Source: Sphingobacteriales bacterium (lineage in GTDB: Bacteria > Bacteroidota > Bacteroidia > Chitinophagales > JADIYW01). From it: 64,000 nt of DNA. The stretch spans positions 829-64,828 of the forward strand of contig JADJYT010000016.1 of assembly GCA_016719635.1 (NCBI GenBank). The letters run 5' to 3'. This document shows positions 8,610 through 17,631 of this stretch, piece by piece. Below the pieces are notes generated by a model. It made no database searches. It saw nothing but the letters and a program-made list of their open reading frames with translations, and was not told the DNA's origin. The stretch's first letter is position 1, and the number at the start of each line of letters is the position of its first letter. The position numbers and the translations under genes are program-made.

Positions 8610-9842
8610 ATGGAATTAGTGAATGGAAAATATGAGATTAATGGTGTGGACGTTTTAGAACTTTGCAAAGAATTCGGGACACCACTGTATGTGTATGATG
8701 CAGCTGTCATTGAAAGGCAGTACAACAAGCTCATGAACGCCTTTCCCAACAAGAACATGAAAATCAGTTATGCCTGCAAGGCATTAACGAATATCAGCAT
8801 CCTGAAGTTTATCAAGAATATGGGTGCCAAACTGGATACGGTCTCCATTCAGGAAGTGCAGTTGGGACTGAAAGCCGGATTTGAACCGAAAGATATCATG
8901 TACACACCCAATTGTGTCAACATTGACGAAATCAACAAAGCTGTGGGATTCGGTGTGCAAATCAATATCGATAATATTTCCATACTCGAGCAGTTCGGGC
9001 ATTTATACAGTGACACCTATCCGGTTTGTGTGCGCATCAATCCGCATATCATGGCTGGCGGCAACAAAAAAATCTCCACAGGGCATATCGACTCCAAATT
9101 TGGTATTTCCATTTACCAGCTTCGCCATCTGGAGCGTGTTATCGCCACCAACAATATCAAGGTGAACGGCCTTCACATGCACACCGGTTCTGATATTTTG
9201 GATGTGGATGTTTTCCTGCGCGGTGCAGAGATTCTATTTGAAGCAGCGAGAAGTTTTAAAGAATTGGAGTTTTTGGATTTCGGCAGCGGATTTAAAGTGA
9301 AATACCACTCCGATGACAATACCACCGACATAGAAGAACTGGGCGAAAAACTGGGCACCCGCTTCAATGATTTTTGTAAAGAATACGGCAAAGACCTGAC
9401 CATCATGTTCGAGCCGGGTAAGTACCTGGTGAGTGAAAGCGGCTTTTTATTCGTCCGAACCAATGTCATCAAACAAACCACTTCAACCGTCTTTGCCGGC
9501 GTAGACTCCGGGCAAAATCACCTGATCCGTCCGATGATGTACGATGCCTATCACCATATCACCAATGTATCCAATCCAAACGGCATACAGCGTATCTACA
9601 CGGTAGTGGGTTACATCTGTGAAACCGATACATTTGGCTGGGACAGAAAACTGAACGAAGTGCGGGAAGGCGATATCCTGGTGCTGCACAATGCCGGTGC
9701 CTATGGTTATTCCATGTCTTCCAATTATAATTCCCGCTACCGCCCTGCGGAAGTATTCATCATCAATGGGGAAGCTAAACTCATCCGCCGAAGGGAAACA
9801 TTGGATGATTTGCTGGCTACGCAGGTAGAAATTACACTTTAA
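8610..9842 (+). CDS. lysA: diaminopimelate decarboxylase
   Basis: It has the N-terminus GTPLYVYD and the group IV PLP decarboxylase layout, including YACKA, HMHTGS, EPGKY and a C-terminal YGYSMSSNYNSR. The track start at 8589 is a TTG inside the promoter box, so I used the ATG at 8610. Confidence 0.92.
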   Translation: MELVNGKYEINGVDVLELCKEFGTPLYVYDAAVIERQYNKLMNAFPNKNMKISYACKALTNISILKFIKNMGAKLDTVSIQEVQLGLKAGFEPKDIMYTPNCVNIDEINKAVGFGVQINIDNISILEQFGHLYSDTYPVCVRINPHIMAGGNKKISTGHIDSKFGISIYQLRHLERVIATNNIKVNGLHMHTGSDILDVDVFLRGAEILFEAARSFKELEFLDFGSGFKVKYHSDDNTTDIEELGEKLGTRFNDFCKEYGKDLTIMFEPGKYLVSESGFLFVRTNVIKQTTSTVFAGVDSGQNHLIRPMMYDAYHHITNVSNPNGIQRIYTVVGYICETDTFGWDRKLNEVREGDILVLHNAGAYGYSMSSNYNSRYRPAEVFIINGEAKLIRRRETLDDLLATQVEITL

Positions 9843-9974
9843 TGACCTTTTTCAGGATTAGCAGACATTAAAATGTTCATTTTGGCACATTTCACCCTGG
9901 ATTAACGATTTTTAATACTCTATATACCCGATATACTATAAGAATTTATACAAAAATCACTACATTCGTAGTCC

Positions 9975-10583
9975 ATGCCGGAGAAAGCATCCAATATTCA
10001 TCCCGTGTTCCACCAATTGCTGCAACGCAGCGATAAGGAGCATTTATTGCATCAAAAAGCGCTCTGCATCTGGATGACGGGATTATCCGGTTCCGGAAAA
10101 AGTACGATTGCCAAAGGACTGGAAGAAAAATTGCACCAAAACGGCATCCTGACAATGGTGCTGGACGGCGACAATGTACGCAGCGGTATCAATAAAAATC
10201 TGGGATTTTCGGAGGAAGACCGTATCGAAAATATCCGCCGCATTGCGGAAGTCACCAAATTGTTTCTAGACTGCGGAATTGTAACGATTAACTGTTTTGT
10301 CAGTCCTACACAGGATATCCGTGCATTAGCCAAATCGATCATCGGCGAACAGGATTTTTACGAAGTATATGTGAATGCTTCTTTTGATGAATGCGCCAAA
10401 CGCGATGTAAAAGGTTTGTATGAAAAAGCATTGAAAGGGGAAATCAAAAACTTTACCGGGCTGGATGCGCCTTTTAAAGCACCGGAACATCCGGCATTGG
10501 AAATAAAAACGGCGGAACAAAGTATTGAACAAAGTATTGAAATGATATATCATTTTTTTATTTCACGAATTGTAAATAAATGA
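9975..10583 (+). CDS. cysC: adenylyl-sulfate kinase
   Basis: It has the P-loop WMTGLSGSGKSTIA and LDGDNVR. It is about 200 aa. Confidence 0.93.
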   Translation: MPEKASNIHPVFHQLLQRSDKEHLLHQKALCIWMTGLSGSGKSTIAKGLEEKLHQNGILTMVLDGDNVRSGINKNLGFSEEDRIENIRRIAEVTKLFLDCGIVTINCFVSPTQDIRALAKSIIGEQDFYEVYVNASFDECAKRDVKGLYEKALKGEIKNFTGLDAPFKAPEHPALEIKTAEQSIEQSIEMIYHFFISRIVNK

Positions 10584-11032
10584 AACAAATTAAACTAAGA
10601 GAAAGTAAAATATTGTTAGATGCTCATCTATCAATATTTTTTGATATTAGTTTAAATGATCTTAGAAATAGCCTTGAACAGCATAAAGATAAATTTAAAC
10701 CAGACTCATACTTCTTTTTAACCAATGAAGAGATAAGTAATCTGAGAAAGAATTTAATAATCAATGATTTAGACGATCTAAATGAATCTAACATTGCTTT
10801 TAAACCAGATGCTGCAATACAACTATCATTTTATTTAGATACAAAATTAGCAACTTGGTTTAGACAAGAAGTTTTATCTAGTTTTAAAAATTTTGTAGTT
10901 GATAACATAAACTATAACATCATTAGACACTTTGATGGAATGGAACAATTAGTTGATCTAATGTTTCTGATTACAGATAGAAAAGAAAATTTTCAGATGG
11001 GTTTTAAAATAAATAAAAATCTCAATTCTTAA
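10580..11032 (+). CDS. ORF6N-domain-like (KilA-N superfamily) protein, AT-rich insert
   Basis: The N-terminal pattern IKLRESKILLDAHLSIFFDISLNDLRNSLEQHKDKFKPDSYFFLTNEEISNL follows the ORF6N pattern (IRGQKVMLDxDLAxLYxVxTxxLNxxVKRNxxRFPxDFMFQLTxxE). It is visibly much more AT-rich than cysC and cysD. Its start overlaps the cysC stop in an ATGA. Confidence 0.45.
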   Translation: MKQIKLRESKILLDAHLSIFFDISLNDLRNSLEQHKDKFKPDSYFFLTNEEISNLRKNLIINDLDDLNESNIAFKPDAAIQLSFYLDTKLATWFRQEVLSSFKNFVVDNINYNIIRHFDGMEQLVDLMFLITDRKENFQMGFKINKNLNS

Positions 11033-11044
11033 ATCTCAATTCTC
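11017..11044. repeat. 14-mer tandem repeat x2 (aaatctcaattctt / aaatctcaattctc)
   Basis: Read directly from the sequence. It spans the stop of the ORF6N-like gene and ends 8 nt before the cysD start. Confidence 0.85.
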
Positions 11045-11052
11045 AAATTATA

Positions 11053-11958
11053 ATGAACGATTATCACTTAAACCACCTCAAAGAACTCGAATCGGAATCC
11101 ATCTATGTATTGCGGGAAGTGGCGGCACAGTTTGAAAATCCGTGTATCCTTTTTTCCGGCGGGAAAGATTCCATAGTAGTGGTTCATCTGGCATTGAAAG
11201 CATTTTATCCATCCAGTGTTCCCTTCACCTTATTACATGTGGATACCGGACACAATTTTCAGGAAGCACTGGACTACAGAGATCAATTGGTTAGCAAGCA
11301 TGGCCTGCGCCTGCTCGTGGCGTCTGTGCAGGAAGCCATAGACAAGGGCTTGGTGCGCGAAGAAAAAGGCTATACGGCGAGCAGAAATGCGTTGCAGACG
11401 GTTCCGCTTCTGGAGGCGATAGAAAAAAATAAATTTGACTGCGCCATCGGCGGTGCACGACGCGATGAAGAAAAAGCGCGTGCCAAAGAACGCTTCTTTT
11501 CCCATCGGGATGAGTTCGGACAATGGGACCCAAAAAATCAGCGGCCGGAACTCTGGAACATCTTCAACGGCAGAAAACATCTGGGCGAACATTTCAGGGT
11601 ATTCCCGATTTCCAACTGGACGGAAATGGATGTGTGGCAATACATCTATCAGGAGCAGATAGAGATGCCGAGCTTATATTTTTCACACAAACGCAAGGTG
11701 TTTGAACGTGACGGGGTTTGGTACGCAGCATCCGAGTTTATCCAAAACAAACCGGATGAAGTGGTCGAAGAACGGATAGTGCGTTTCAGGACGGTAGGTG
11801 ACATTACCTGTACCGGAGCGGTATTCTCCGAAGCGGCAACCTTGGAAGACATCATTCAGGAAGTGGCGGCATCGCGCACCACTGAACGCGGTACACGCGC
11901 AGATGACAAACGAAGCGAAGCAGCCATGGAAGACAGAAAAAAGGCAGGATATTTTTAA
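11053..11958 (+). CDS. cysD: sulfate adenylyltransferase subunit 2
   Basis: It has the PP-loop FSGGKDSIVVVHL. It is 301 aa and ends with the typical ...GYF. Confidence 0.95.
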   Translation: MNDYHLNHLKELESESIYVLREVAAQFENPCILFSGGKDSIVVVHLALKAFYPSSVPFTLLHVDTGHNFQEALDYRDQLVSKHGLRLLVASVQEAIDKGLVREEKGYTASRNALQTVPLLEAIEKNKFDCAIGGARRDEEKARAKERFFSHRDEFGQWDPKNQRPELWNIFNGRKHLGEHFRVFPISNWTEMDVWQYIYQEQIEMPSLYFSHKRKVFERDGVWYAASEFIQNKPDEVVEERIVRFRTVGDITCTGAVFSEAATLEDIIQEVAASRTTERGTRADDKRSEAAMEDRKKAGYF

Positions 11959-11968
11959 TCAAATTAAC

Positions 11969-12035
11969 CGTCATTGCGAACAAAGTGAAGCAATCTCATC
12001 ATTTGGAAAGATTGCTTCCTACCTCGCCAATGACG
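11969..12035. repeat. GTCATT-hairpin element, two-armed copy (cysD|cysN spacer)
   Basis: The left arm is CGTCATTGCGAACAAAGTGAAGCAATCT. The reverse complement of the right arm is CGTCATTGGCGAGGTAGGAAGCAATCT. Together they form an imperfect 67-bp palindrome. Confidence 0.8.
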
Positions 12036-12053
12036 CCAAACAATAAAATACAA

Positions 12054-13349
12054 ATGACAACAACAGATACACAACAAGATAATTTTGACAGCAAGGCATA
12101 CTTGGATATGGAGCTTTTGCGATTCTCCACAGCCGGAAGTGTGGATGACGGCAAATCGACGTTAATAGGAAGATTATTGTACGACAGTAAATCCATCTTT
12201 CAGGACCAGATGGATGCCATTGAAGCAGCTTCTGCAAAGCGCGGCGAAGAATATGTGAACCTTGCCTTATTAACGGACGGCTTACGTGCTGAACGCGAAC
12301 AGGGCATCACCATTGACGTGGCGTACCGGTATTTTTCTACCCCAAAAAGGAAATTCATCATTGCCGATACACCCGGACATATCCAATACACGAGAAATAT
12401 GGTGACCGGCGCTTCTACCGCCAATCTCGCCATCATTCTCGTCGATGCCCGTAAAGGTATCATCGAACAGACCTACCGCCACTCTTACATAGCATCCTTA
12501 TTGCAGATACCGCATATTGTGGTTTGTATCAATAAGATGGACCTGGTGGATTGGGATGAAAAGACATTCAACAAAATCGTGACCGATTACAAGGCGTTTG
12601 CCTCCAAACTGGACATTAAGGATGTGCATTTTTTACCCATATCCGCATTGGCCGGGGATAATGTGGTGAACCGTTCTCAAAACATGCCGTGGTATCAGGG
12701 GCCGACATTGATGTACCTGCTCGAAACCATCCACATCGGCTCAGACCTGAATCATATCGACGCACGCTTCCCGGTGCAATACGTGATTCGACCGATGAAA
12801 AATGACTACCACGATTTCCGCGGTTATGCGGGAAGAATTGCTGGTGGTGTATTCCGCGTCGGCGATAAGGTAAAGGCGTTACCGAGCGGGTTTTCCTCCA
12901 GGATAAAATCTATCATAACGATGGATGGTGATTTGCAGGAAGCGTTCGCCCCGCAAAGCGTAACCATTACGCTGGAAGATGAAATCGACATCTCTCGCGG
13001 CGATATGATCGTGCGTGAAAACAACGTACCGCAGACAGAACAGGAATTCGATGTGATGCTGTGCTGGATGAATGAGAAAAAATTGGTGCCGCGCGGCAAA
13101 TACATTTTACGGCATACAGCCAGAGAATGTAAATGTGTCATCAAGGAAATTAAATACAAGCTGAACATCAACACCCTGCAGCGCGTCGAAGAAGAGGTGG
13201 AGATTGGCCTGAATGATATTGGCAGGGTTTCCATCCGCACAACGGTCCCGATATTTTTTGACAGCTACCGAAAAAACAGAATCACCGGAAGTATCATTTT
13301 AGTGGATGAAGCGACGAATGAAACGATAGCGGCTGGAATGATTGTGTAG
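12054..13349 (+). CDS. cysN: sulfate adenylyltransferase subunit 1 (GTPase)
   Basis: It has G1 GSVDDGKST, G3 DTPGH and G4 NKMD. The track start at 11985 would translate the palindromic repeat, so I prefer the ATG at 12054 (MTTTDTQQ...). Confidence 0.92.
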   Translation: MTTTDTQQDNFDSKAYLDMELLRFSTAGSVDDGKSTLIGRLLYDSKSIFQDQMDAIEAASAKRGEEYVNLALLTDGLRAEREQGITIDVAYRYFSTPKRKFIIADTPGHIQYTRNMVTGASTANLAIILVDARKGIIEQTYRHSYIASLLQIPHIVVCINKMDLVDWDEKTFNKIVTDYKAFASKLDIKDVHFLPISALAGDNVVNRSQNMPWYQGPTLMYLLETIHIGSDLNHIDARFPVQYVIRPMKNDYHDFRGYAGRIAGGVFRVGDKVKALPSGFSSRIKSIITMDGDLQEAFAPQSVTITLEDEIDISRGDMIVRENNVPQTEQEFDVMLCWMNEKKLVPRGKYILRHTARECKCVIKEIKYKLNINTLQRVEEEVEIGLNDIGRVSIRTTVPIFFDSYRKNRITGSIILVDEATNETIAAGMIV

Positions 13350-13355
13350 CAGCAG

Positions 13356-14197
13356 CTATTCCTCCCTCGTATAATACCGCGCATATTCCACCTCAAACGT
13401 ATATGGGAATTTACTATAATCGATATCACCGCCACCGCCGATAGGGGGAATCAGTCCACCCATGGCTAAGTTTAATTTCAAATAGTGCGCTTTTGTTACT
13501 GACTCCCAGTTTGCTCCTAAATCCTGTTGGGTGTATGTAATATAATTAGCTGCATCAACGTAGTATTTGATTTGTATGCTGTCCCATTCAATCGCATAAT
13601 TGTGAAACTCCTCTGTGAAAAACTGCGTGTTTAAAGAAACATAAGGCCAGTGCCGTTCTACATAAGGAGTGCCGGAGCTTCCCTGTGCATACAGACTTCC
13701 CAGGGCAAGAAAAGGTGCCTTGCCTACCCATTCCATAATGTCAATCTCGCCGCATTTAGGCCAGCCAACTGCATTGTGATTGACGCCTAATGTCCATATA
13801 GCCGGCCAGGTACCACTGCCTAGATGAGGCATTTTGCACGCACTTCTATCAATCCGTAGTTAAACTCTTTATTGCCAAAAGTTTCAATACTGGCAGAAGT
13901 CACCGGATGCCCGTCAAAGGTATCTTTACGGGCTGTAATATGCAGCTTTCCACTGTAAACATTACAATTCTCTATTCTGGCTTTCGTATAATATTGGGTT
14001 TCATTATTTCGAACATAACCCGTTTCATAGCCCCATTTCGTGGAATCAGGCAGTCCGTTGTATTCAAATTCATCAGACCAGTCCAGCATATACTCCTTTC
14101 CCCTGATAAGGACAGTGGTATCCCCCACTATCCTGTTTTCTTTATAACAGGACAGCAAGCCTGCTATCGTCACTAAAAAAATGAACCCTTTCTTCAT
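13356..14197 (-). pseudogene. GH16 family beta-glucanase (laminarinase-like) lipoprotein, split by a frameshift
   Basis: The N-terminal ORF (13820..14212) ends ...YGLIEVRAKCLI*. The C-terminal ORF (13356..13832) starts MPHLGSGTWPAIW and carries the GH16 catalytic motif EIDIME. Adding one A to the A4 run (plus-strand T4 at 13832-13835) gives a continuous ...EVRAKMPHLGSGTWPAIW. The lipobox is LLSC. Confidence 0.7.
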
Positions 14198-14289
14198 ATT
14201 TCTAAAATACAATAATAAACGAAGGAAAAGAAATACATCTTCGCAATTCGGGTGGCACTATTTAAAAATGGATTCCCTAACTTTAATAC

Positions 14290-14949
14290 ATGAAAGAGAT
14301 AAAAGACAAGGCGGCTTCGTATCATCCGGTATATGATAAGGCCTGGAAAGAATTCTTTGTAAAACAGCATTATCTGGTTCCGTTTGCATTTTATCTGCCC
14401 ATCTCCTTCCACCTCTTGTTTAAGTCCTTTGTCGTCAGACGTGTTTCTGTCCTTCACCTGTTCTGGATGATTCCGCTGATTTCCAAATTCTGGGGCTATA
14501 TGGAATATTTCCTGCATCAAAATGTACTGCACGAGAATGAGGAACTGAAAATTGATGCCGGCACGATACGGGAATTTCATGAAATACACCACAACTTCCC
14601 TAATGACCCCTATCGCTTTGTCGTACCGCTCTGGACGAGCATCCCCAGCGCTATCGTATTTTACAGTGTCTGCCGGACGGCACTGGGAAAAGAGAAAGGG
14701 GAAACACTCTTCGGGTTAATGATACTGTATTACCTCTTTTATGAATTCATCCACGTGGCGGCACATAAATTTGACATCAAACATCCTTATTTCGAAAAGA
14801 TAAAAAAACATCATCTGAAGCACCATTACCTGGATTCGGATAAAGGCTTTGGCTTTACCACCACGCACTGGGACGAAGTAAATGGACTGGCATTTAATAA
14901 GCCGGCTAAAAAAGAAGTAAAGAAATCCAAAACACCCAAAGCGGCCTAA
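14290..14949 (+). CDS. fatty acid hydroxylase superfamily protein (FA2H/Scs7-like fatty acid 2-hydroxylase)
   Basis: It has the histidine boxes HEIHHNFPNDPYRFVVP, HVAAH and KKHHLKHHY, followed by GFGFTTTHWD. By recollection this matches the FA2H pattern HGxHHxxPxDxxRLVxPP ... HHxxHH ... GFG. Confidence 0.65.
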   Translation: MKEIKDKAASYHPVYDKAWKEFFVKQHYLVPFAFYLPISFHLLFKSFVVRRVSVLHLFWMIPLISKFWGYMEYFLHQNVLHENEELKIDAGTIREFHEIHHNFPNDPYRFVVPLWTSIPSAIVFYSVCRTALGKEKGETLFGLMILYYLFYEFIHVAAHKFDIKHPYFEKIKKHHLKHHYLDSDKGFGFTTTHWDEVNGLAFNKPAKKEVKKSKTPKAA

Positions 14950-14984
14950 TCGTTTTTTTCGCTTCCTTTTTGATGAATGACTCG

Positions 14985-14992
14985 TATCTTTG
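14985..14992 (+). promoter_or_regulatory. candidate -7 box TATCTTTG for purK
   Basis: The sequence reads TATCTTTG-tacaag-ATG, only 6 nt from the start codon at 14999. Confidence 0.4.
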
Positions 14993-14998
14993 TACAAG

Positions 14999-16165
14999 AT
15001 GGAATCTTCCAAAAAATCATTTCCTTCAATCGGCATTATCGGAGGCGGACAGTTGGGCAAAATGTTCATCCAGAAAGCCTCTCAATGGTCGGTACGGATA
15101 AACATCCTCGACAGAGACGAGACTTGTCCTGCGAGCGTATTAGCCAACCGCCACCTGATCGGCAGCATTACGAACGGCAATGAAATTCAGAAATTATCCG
15201 ACATTTCTGATGTACTTACCTGGGAGATTGAACACATCGATGTAGACAAACTGATTGAACTGCAGCAAAAGGGAAAAACGATTATCCCGAATCCCGAGAT
15301 TTTAAAGATCATTCAGGATAAAGGCAAACAGAAATTATTCTACCGGAACAACAACATCCCTACCGCACCTTTCTTTATTGCACAAAATAAACAAGACGCA
15401 AAGGAAAAACTGGCACAAACTACTTTTCAGAAAGTGGCGGTCAAGACCTGCACCGGCGGTTATGACGGCAAAGGCGTTTTTATTGCTGACAGAGATTCTA
15501 TCCTGGAAAATCCTGATGTCATTCCGTTCGACCGGGAACTGATGATAGAGGAATTTGTACCCTGCAAAACGGAGATTGCCGTATTGGTGGCTCGCAACCG
15601 AAAAGGAGAGCTGGCCGTATATCCGGCGATAGAAATGGAATTTGACCTTCAAAGCAACCTGGTCTCTTTCCTGATTTCTCCGGCTAATATGCCCTTGCAT
15701 TTAGAACAGCGGGCAGAGCAAATTGCCTTGCAGTGTGCAGAGGCCTTCGGCAGCGCGGGCTTATTTGCGGTGGAATTATTTTTATCGGAAGACGATGAGT
15801 TGCTCGTGAATGAGATTGCGCCAAGGCCGCACAATTCCGCACATCATACCATCGAAGGATTCTATACTTCGCAGTACGAACAACTGTTGCGTGTCCTGCT
15901 GGATATGCCTTTGGGTTCTACACACCTGAAAATGCCCTGCGCGATGATTAATATCGTAGGGCCTGAAACAGGCAGCGGAAAATACCGGCTGAAATATTTC
16001 AATGAACTGAACTCTTTGTCCGGCGTATCTGTGCATTTGTACGGAAAGCAGGAAAGCAAACCGAACCGCAAACTCGGGCATATTACCATAGTGCAGCCAT
16101 CGCGGGAAAAAGTGTTGGAAATCACCCAAAAAGTCCGAACTTTAACGGAGATTGAAATTTTATAA
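14999..16165 (+). CDS. purK: 5-(carboxyamino)imidazole ribonucleotide synthase
   Basis: It has the N-terminus IGIIGGGQLGKM, an ATP-grasp layout and the C-terminal KLGHITI. The track start at 14990 is a TTG inside the promoter box. Confidence 0.92.
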   Translation: MESSKKSFPSIGIIGGGQLGKMFIQKASQWSVRINILDRDETCPASVLANRHLIGSITNGNEIQKLSDISDVLTWEIEHIDVDKLIELQQKGKTIIPNPEILKIIQDKGKQKLFYRNNNIPTAPFFIAQNKQDAKEKLAQTTFQKVAVKTCTGGYDGKGVFIADRDSILENPDVIPFDRELMIEEFVPCKTEIAVLVARNRKGELAVYPAIEMEFDLQSNLVSFLISPANMPLHLEQRAEQIALQCAEAFGSAGLFAVELFLSEDDELLVNEIAPRPHNSAHHTIEGFYTSQYEQLLRVLLDMPLGSTHLKMPCAMINIVGPETGSGKYRLKYFNELNSLSGVSVHLYGKQESKPNRKLGHITIVQPSREKVLEITQKVRTLTEIEIL

Positions 16166-16167
16166 TT

Positions 16168-16320
16168 AAAACACATAGACACATAGTTTTGAGTTTAGTA
16201 AAAAAAGGAGTTGATAGAAAAATACAGGATTCATCTTCGATGAATATCTATGATACACTTAAACTTACGAATATAAACTACAAACTCAAGCGCTATAAAA
16301 AATCTATATTTTATGTGTTT
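16168..16320. repeat. about 153-bp imperfect palindromic element filling the purK|purE spacer
   Basis: The left end is AAAACACATAGACACATAGTTTTGAGTTTAGTA. The reverse complement of the right end is AAACACATAAAATATAG...CTTGAGTTTGTAGT. The central hairpin is ATTCATC-TTC-GATGAAT (16229-16245). Confidence 0.7.
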
Positions 16321-16334
16321 AAAAATTTAATGGT

Positions 16335-16817
16335 ATGAAAAAAGTAGCCATCATAATGGGTTCCGACAGCGACTCACCGGTCATGCAGGAAGCCGCAAAA
16401 GCATTAACGGAATTCGGAGTTAAATTTGAATACACCATCATCTCGGCCCACAGGACGCCGGAACGCATGTATGAGTTTGCGAGAACCGCCCATGAGCAGG
16501 GATTTGAGGTGATCATCGCCGGCGCCGGAGGCGCCGCACATCTGCCGGGCATGGTGGCAGCCATCTCGCCATTGCCGGTTATCGGCGTACCCGTGCAGAG
16601 CAAAAGTTTGAGCGGGCTGGATTCATTATTATCCATTGTGCAAATGCCCGGCGGAGTGCCCGTGGCTACGGTGGCTATTAACGGTGCCAAAAATGCCGGT
16701 ATTCTGGCTGCACAGATTTTAGGAACGCATGACGCTGCATTACAACAAAAAGTAAAGGATTATAAAAAGAAACTAGAAGCTGAAGTGATAGAGAAAACAA
16801 GGGGGTTTAACCCTTAA
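16335..16817 (+). CDS. purE: 5-(carboxyamino)imidazole ribonucleotide mutase
   Basis: It has [10 protein letters not shown] and [12 protein letters not shown]. It is 160 aa. Confidence 0.95.
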   Translation: MKKVAIIMGSDSDSPVMQEAAKALTEFGVKFEYTIISAHRTPERMYEFARTAHEQGFEVIIAGAGGAAHLPGMVAAISPLPVIGVPVQSKSLSGLDSLLSIVQMPGGVPVATVAINGAKNAGILAAQILGTHDAALQQKVKDYKKKLEAEVIEKTRGFNP

Positions 16818-17553
16818 TTAACTCGCGTATCACCACACTTGCGCACATGCCGCCGAAGGCGGCGGGCATATACGAAATCGTTCCGTAAGCAGAGCGTTTA
16901 TAGTTTTTCCCGTCTGTCATAATTAAAGCGAATTTTGGCTGCAACTCCGGTGAGAAGACAACGTCTATTCCTGTATAGATTTTTTCACGCTTCAGCCGTT
17001 TCCGTACCATCCTCACAAAAAAACAATCGTGTGTTTCAGAGATGTCCGCAATTTCAATTAAGGTAGGGTCTGTCTTGCCACCCGCCCCTCCGCTGGAGAT
17101 GATTTTCTTATTCAGGCGATAGGCTGCAATCAATAAATTGAGTTTTGGTGTAATGCTGTCTATGGCATCGACGATATAGTCAAATTCGGCTTCCTGTATG
17201 ATTTCGTAGGCCTTCTCGGGGAATAAGAATTCCCGGATGGTTACCACTTCAATTTCCGGATTAATATCCCTTAATCGTTCCTCCATCAGGTCTGCCTTCG
17301 ATTTTCCGTGTGTAGAACTTAACGCGGGCAATTGTCTGTTTCTGTTCGTCGGGTCTACCACATCGCCATCCACTATCGTCATCTTCCCAACCCCGGCACG
17401 CGCAATGAATTCTGCGGCATACGAACCAATCCCTCCTAAACCTACAACGAGCACATGGCTGTTGATGAGTTTGTTTAGCTTCTCTTCTCCGATTAATGCC
17501 GTGGTTCTGGAAATCCAGTGCCTGTCTTTCACTTTATGTAAAATTATGCTCAA
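16807..17553 (-). CDS. tcdA: tRNA threonylcarbamoyladenosine dehydratase (ThiF/MoeB-family, TcdA-like)
   Basis: It has the Rossmann motif [12 protein letters not shown] and [13 protein letters not shown]. The start is uncertain. The track's TTG at 17553 overlaps a TACCTTTG box (17551-17558, minus strand), so an in-frame GTG at 17532 is plausible. Confidence 0.78.
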   Translation of the reverse strand: MSIILHKVKDRHWISRTTALIGEEKLNKLINSHVLVVGLGGIGSYAAEFIARAGVGKMTIVDGDVVDPTNRNRQLPALSSTHGKSKADLMEERLRDINPEIEVVTIREFLFPEKAYEIIQEAEFDYIVDAIDSITPKLNLLIAAYRLNKKIISSGGAGGKTDPTLIEIADISETHDCFFVRMVRKRLKREKIYTGIDVVFSPELQPKFALIMTDGKNYKRSAYGTISYMPAAFGGMCASVVIRELIKG

Positions 17554-17631
17554 AGGTACTAAAGTTTTCTTTGAGACTTTACGTGAAATATCATTGCAAA
17601 CTATTTAACTTGCAAACGGCAAACCCAGGTA

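Noticed and set aside
9843-9974. SAM or other riboswitch, or a T-box, upstream of the cysC-cysDN operon
   Set aside because: I saw no conserved SAM-I/II core sequences or multi-helix structure. The region is AT-rich and unstructured by eye.
11985-12053. Longer cysN start at 11985
   Set aside because: The extension is encoded by the palindromic repeat, and the ATG at 12054 gives a normal CysN N-terminus.
14194-14592. 132-aa minus-strand ORF overlapping the hydroxylase gene start
   Set aside because: It overlaps the motif-supported plus-strand hydroxylase and the GH16 5' end, and it has no recognisable features.
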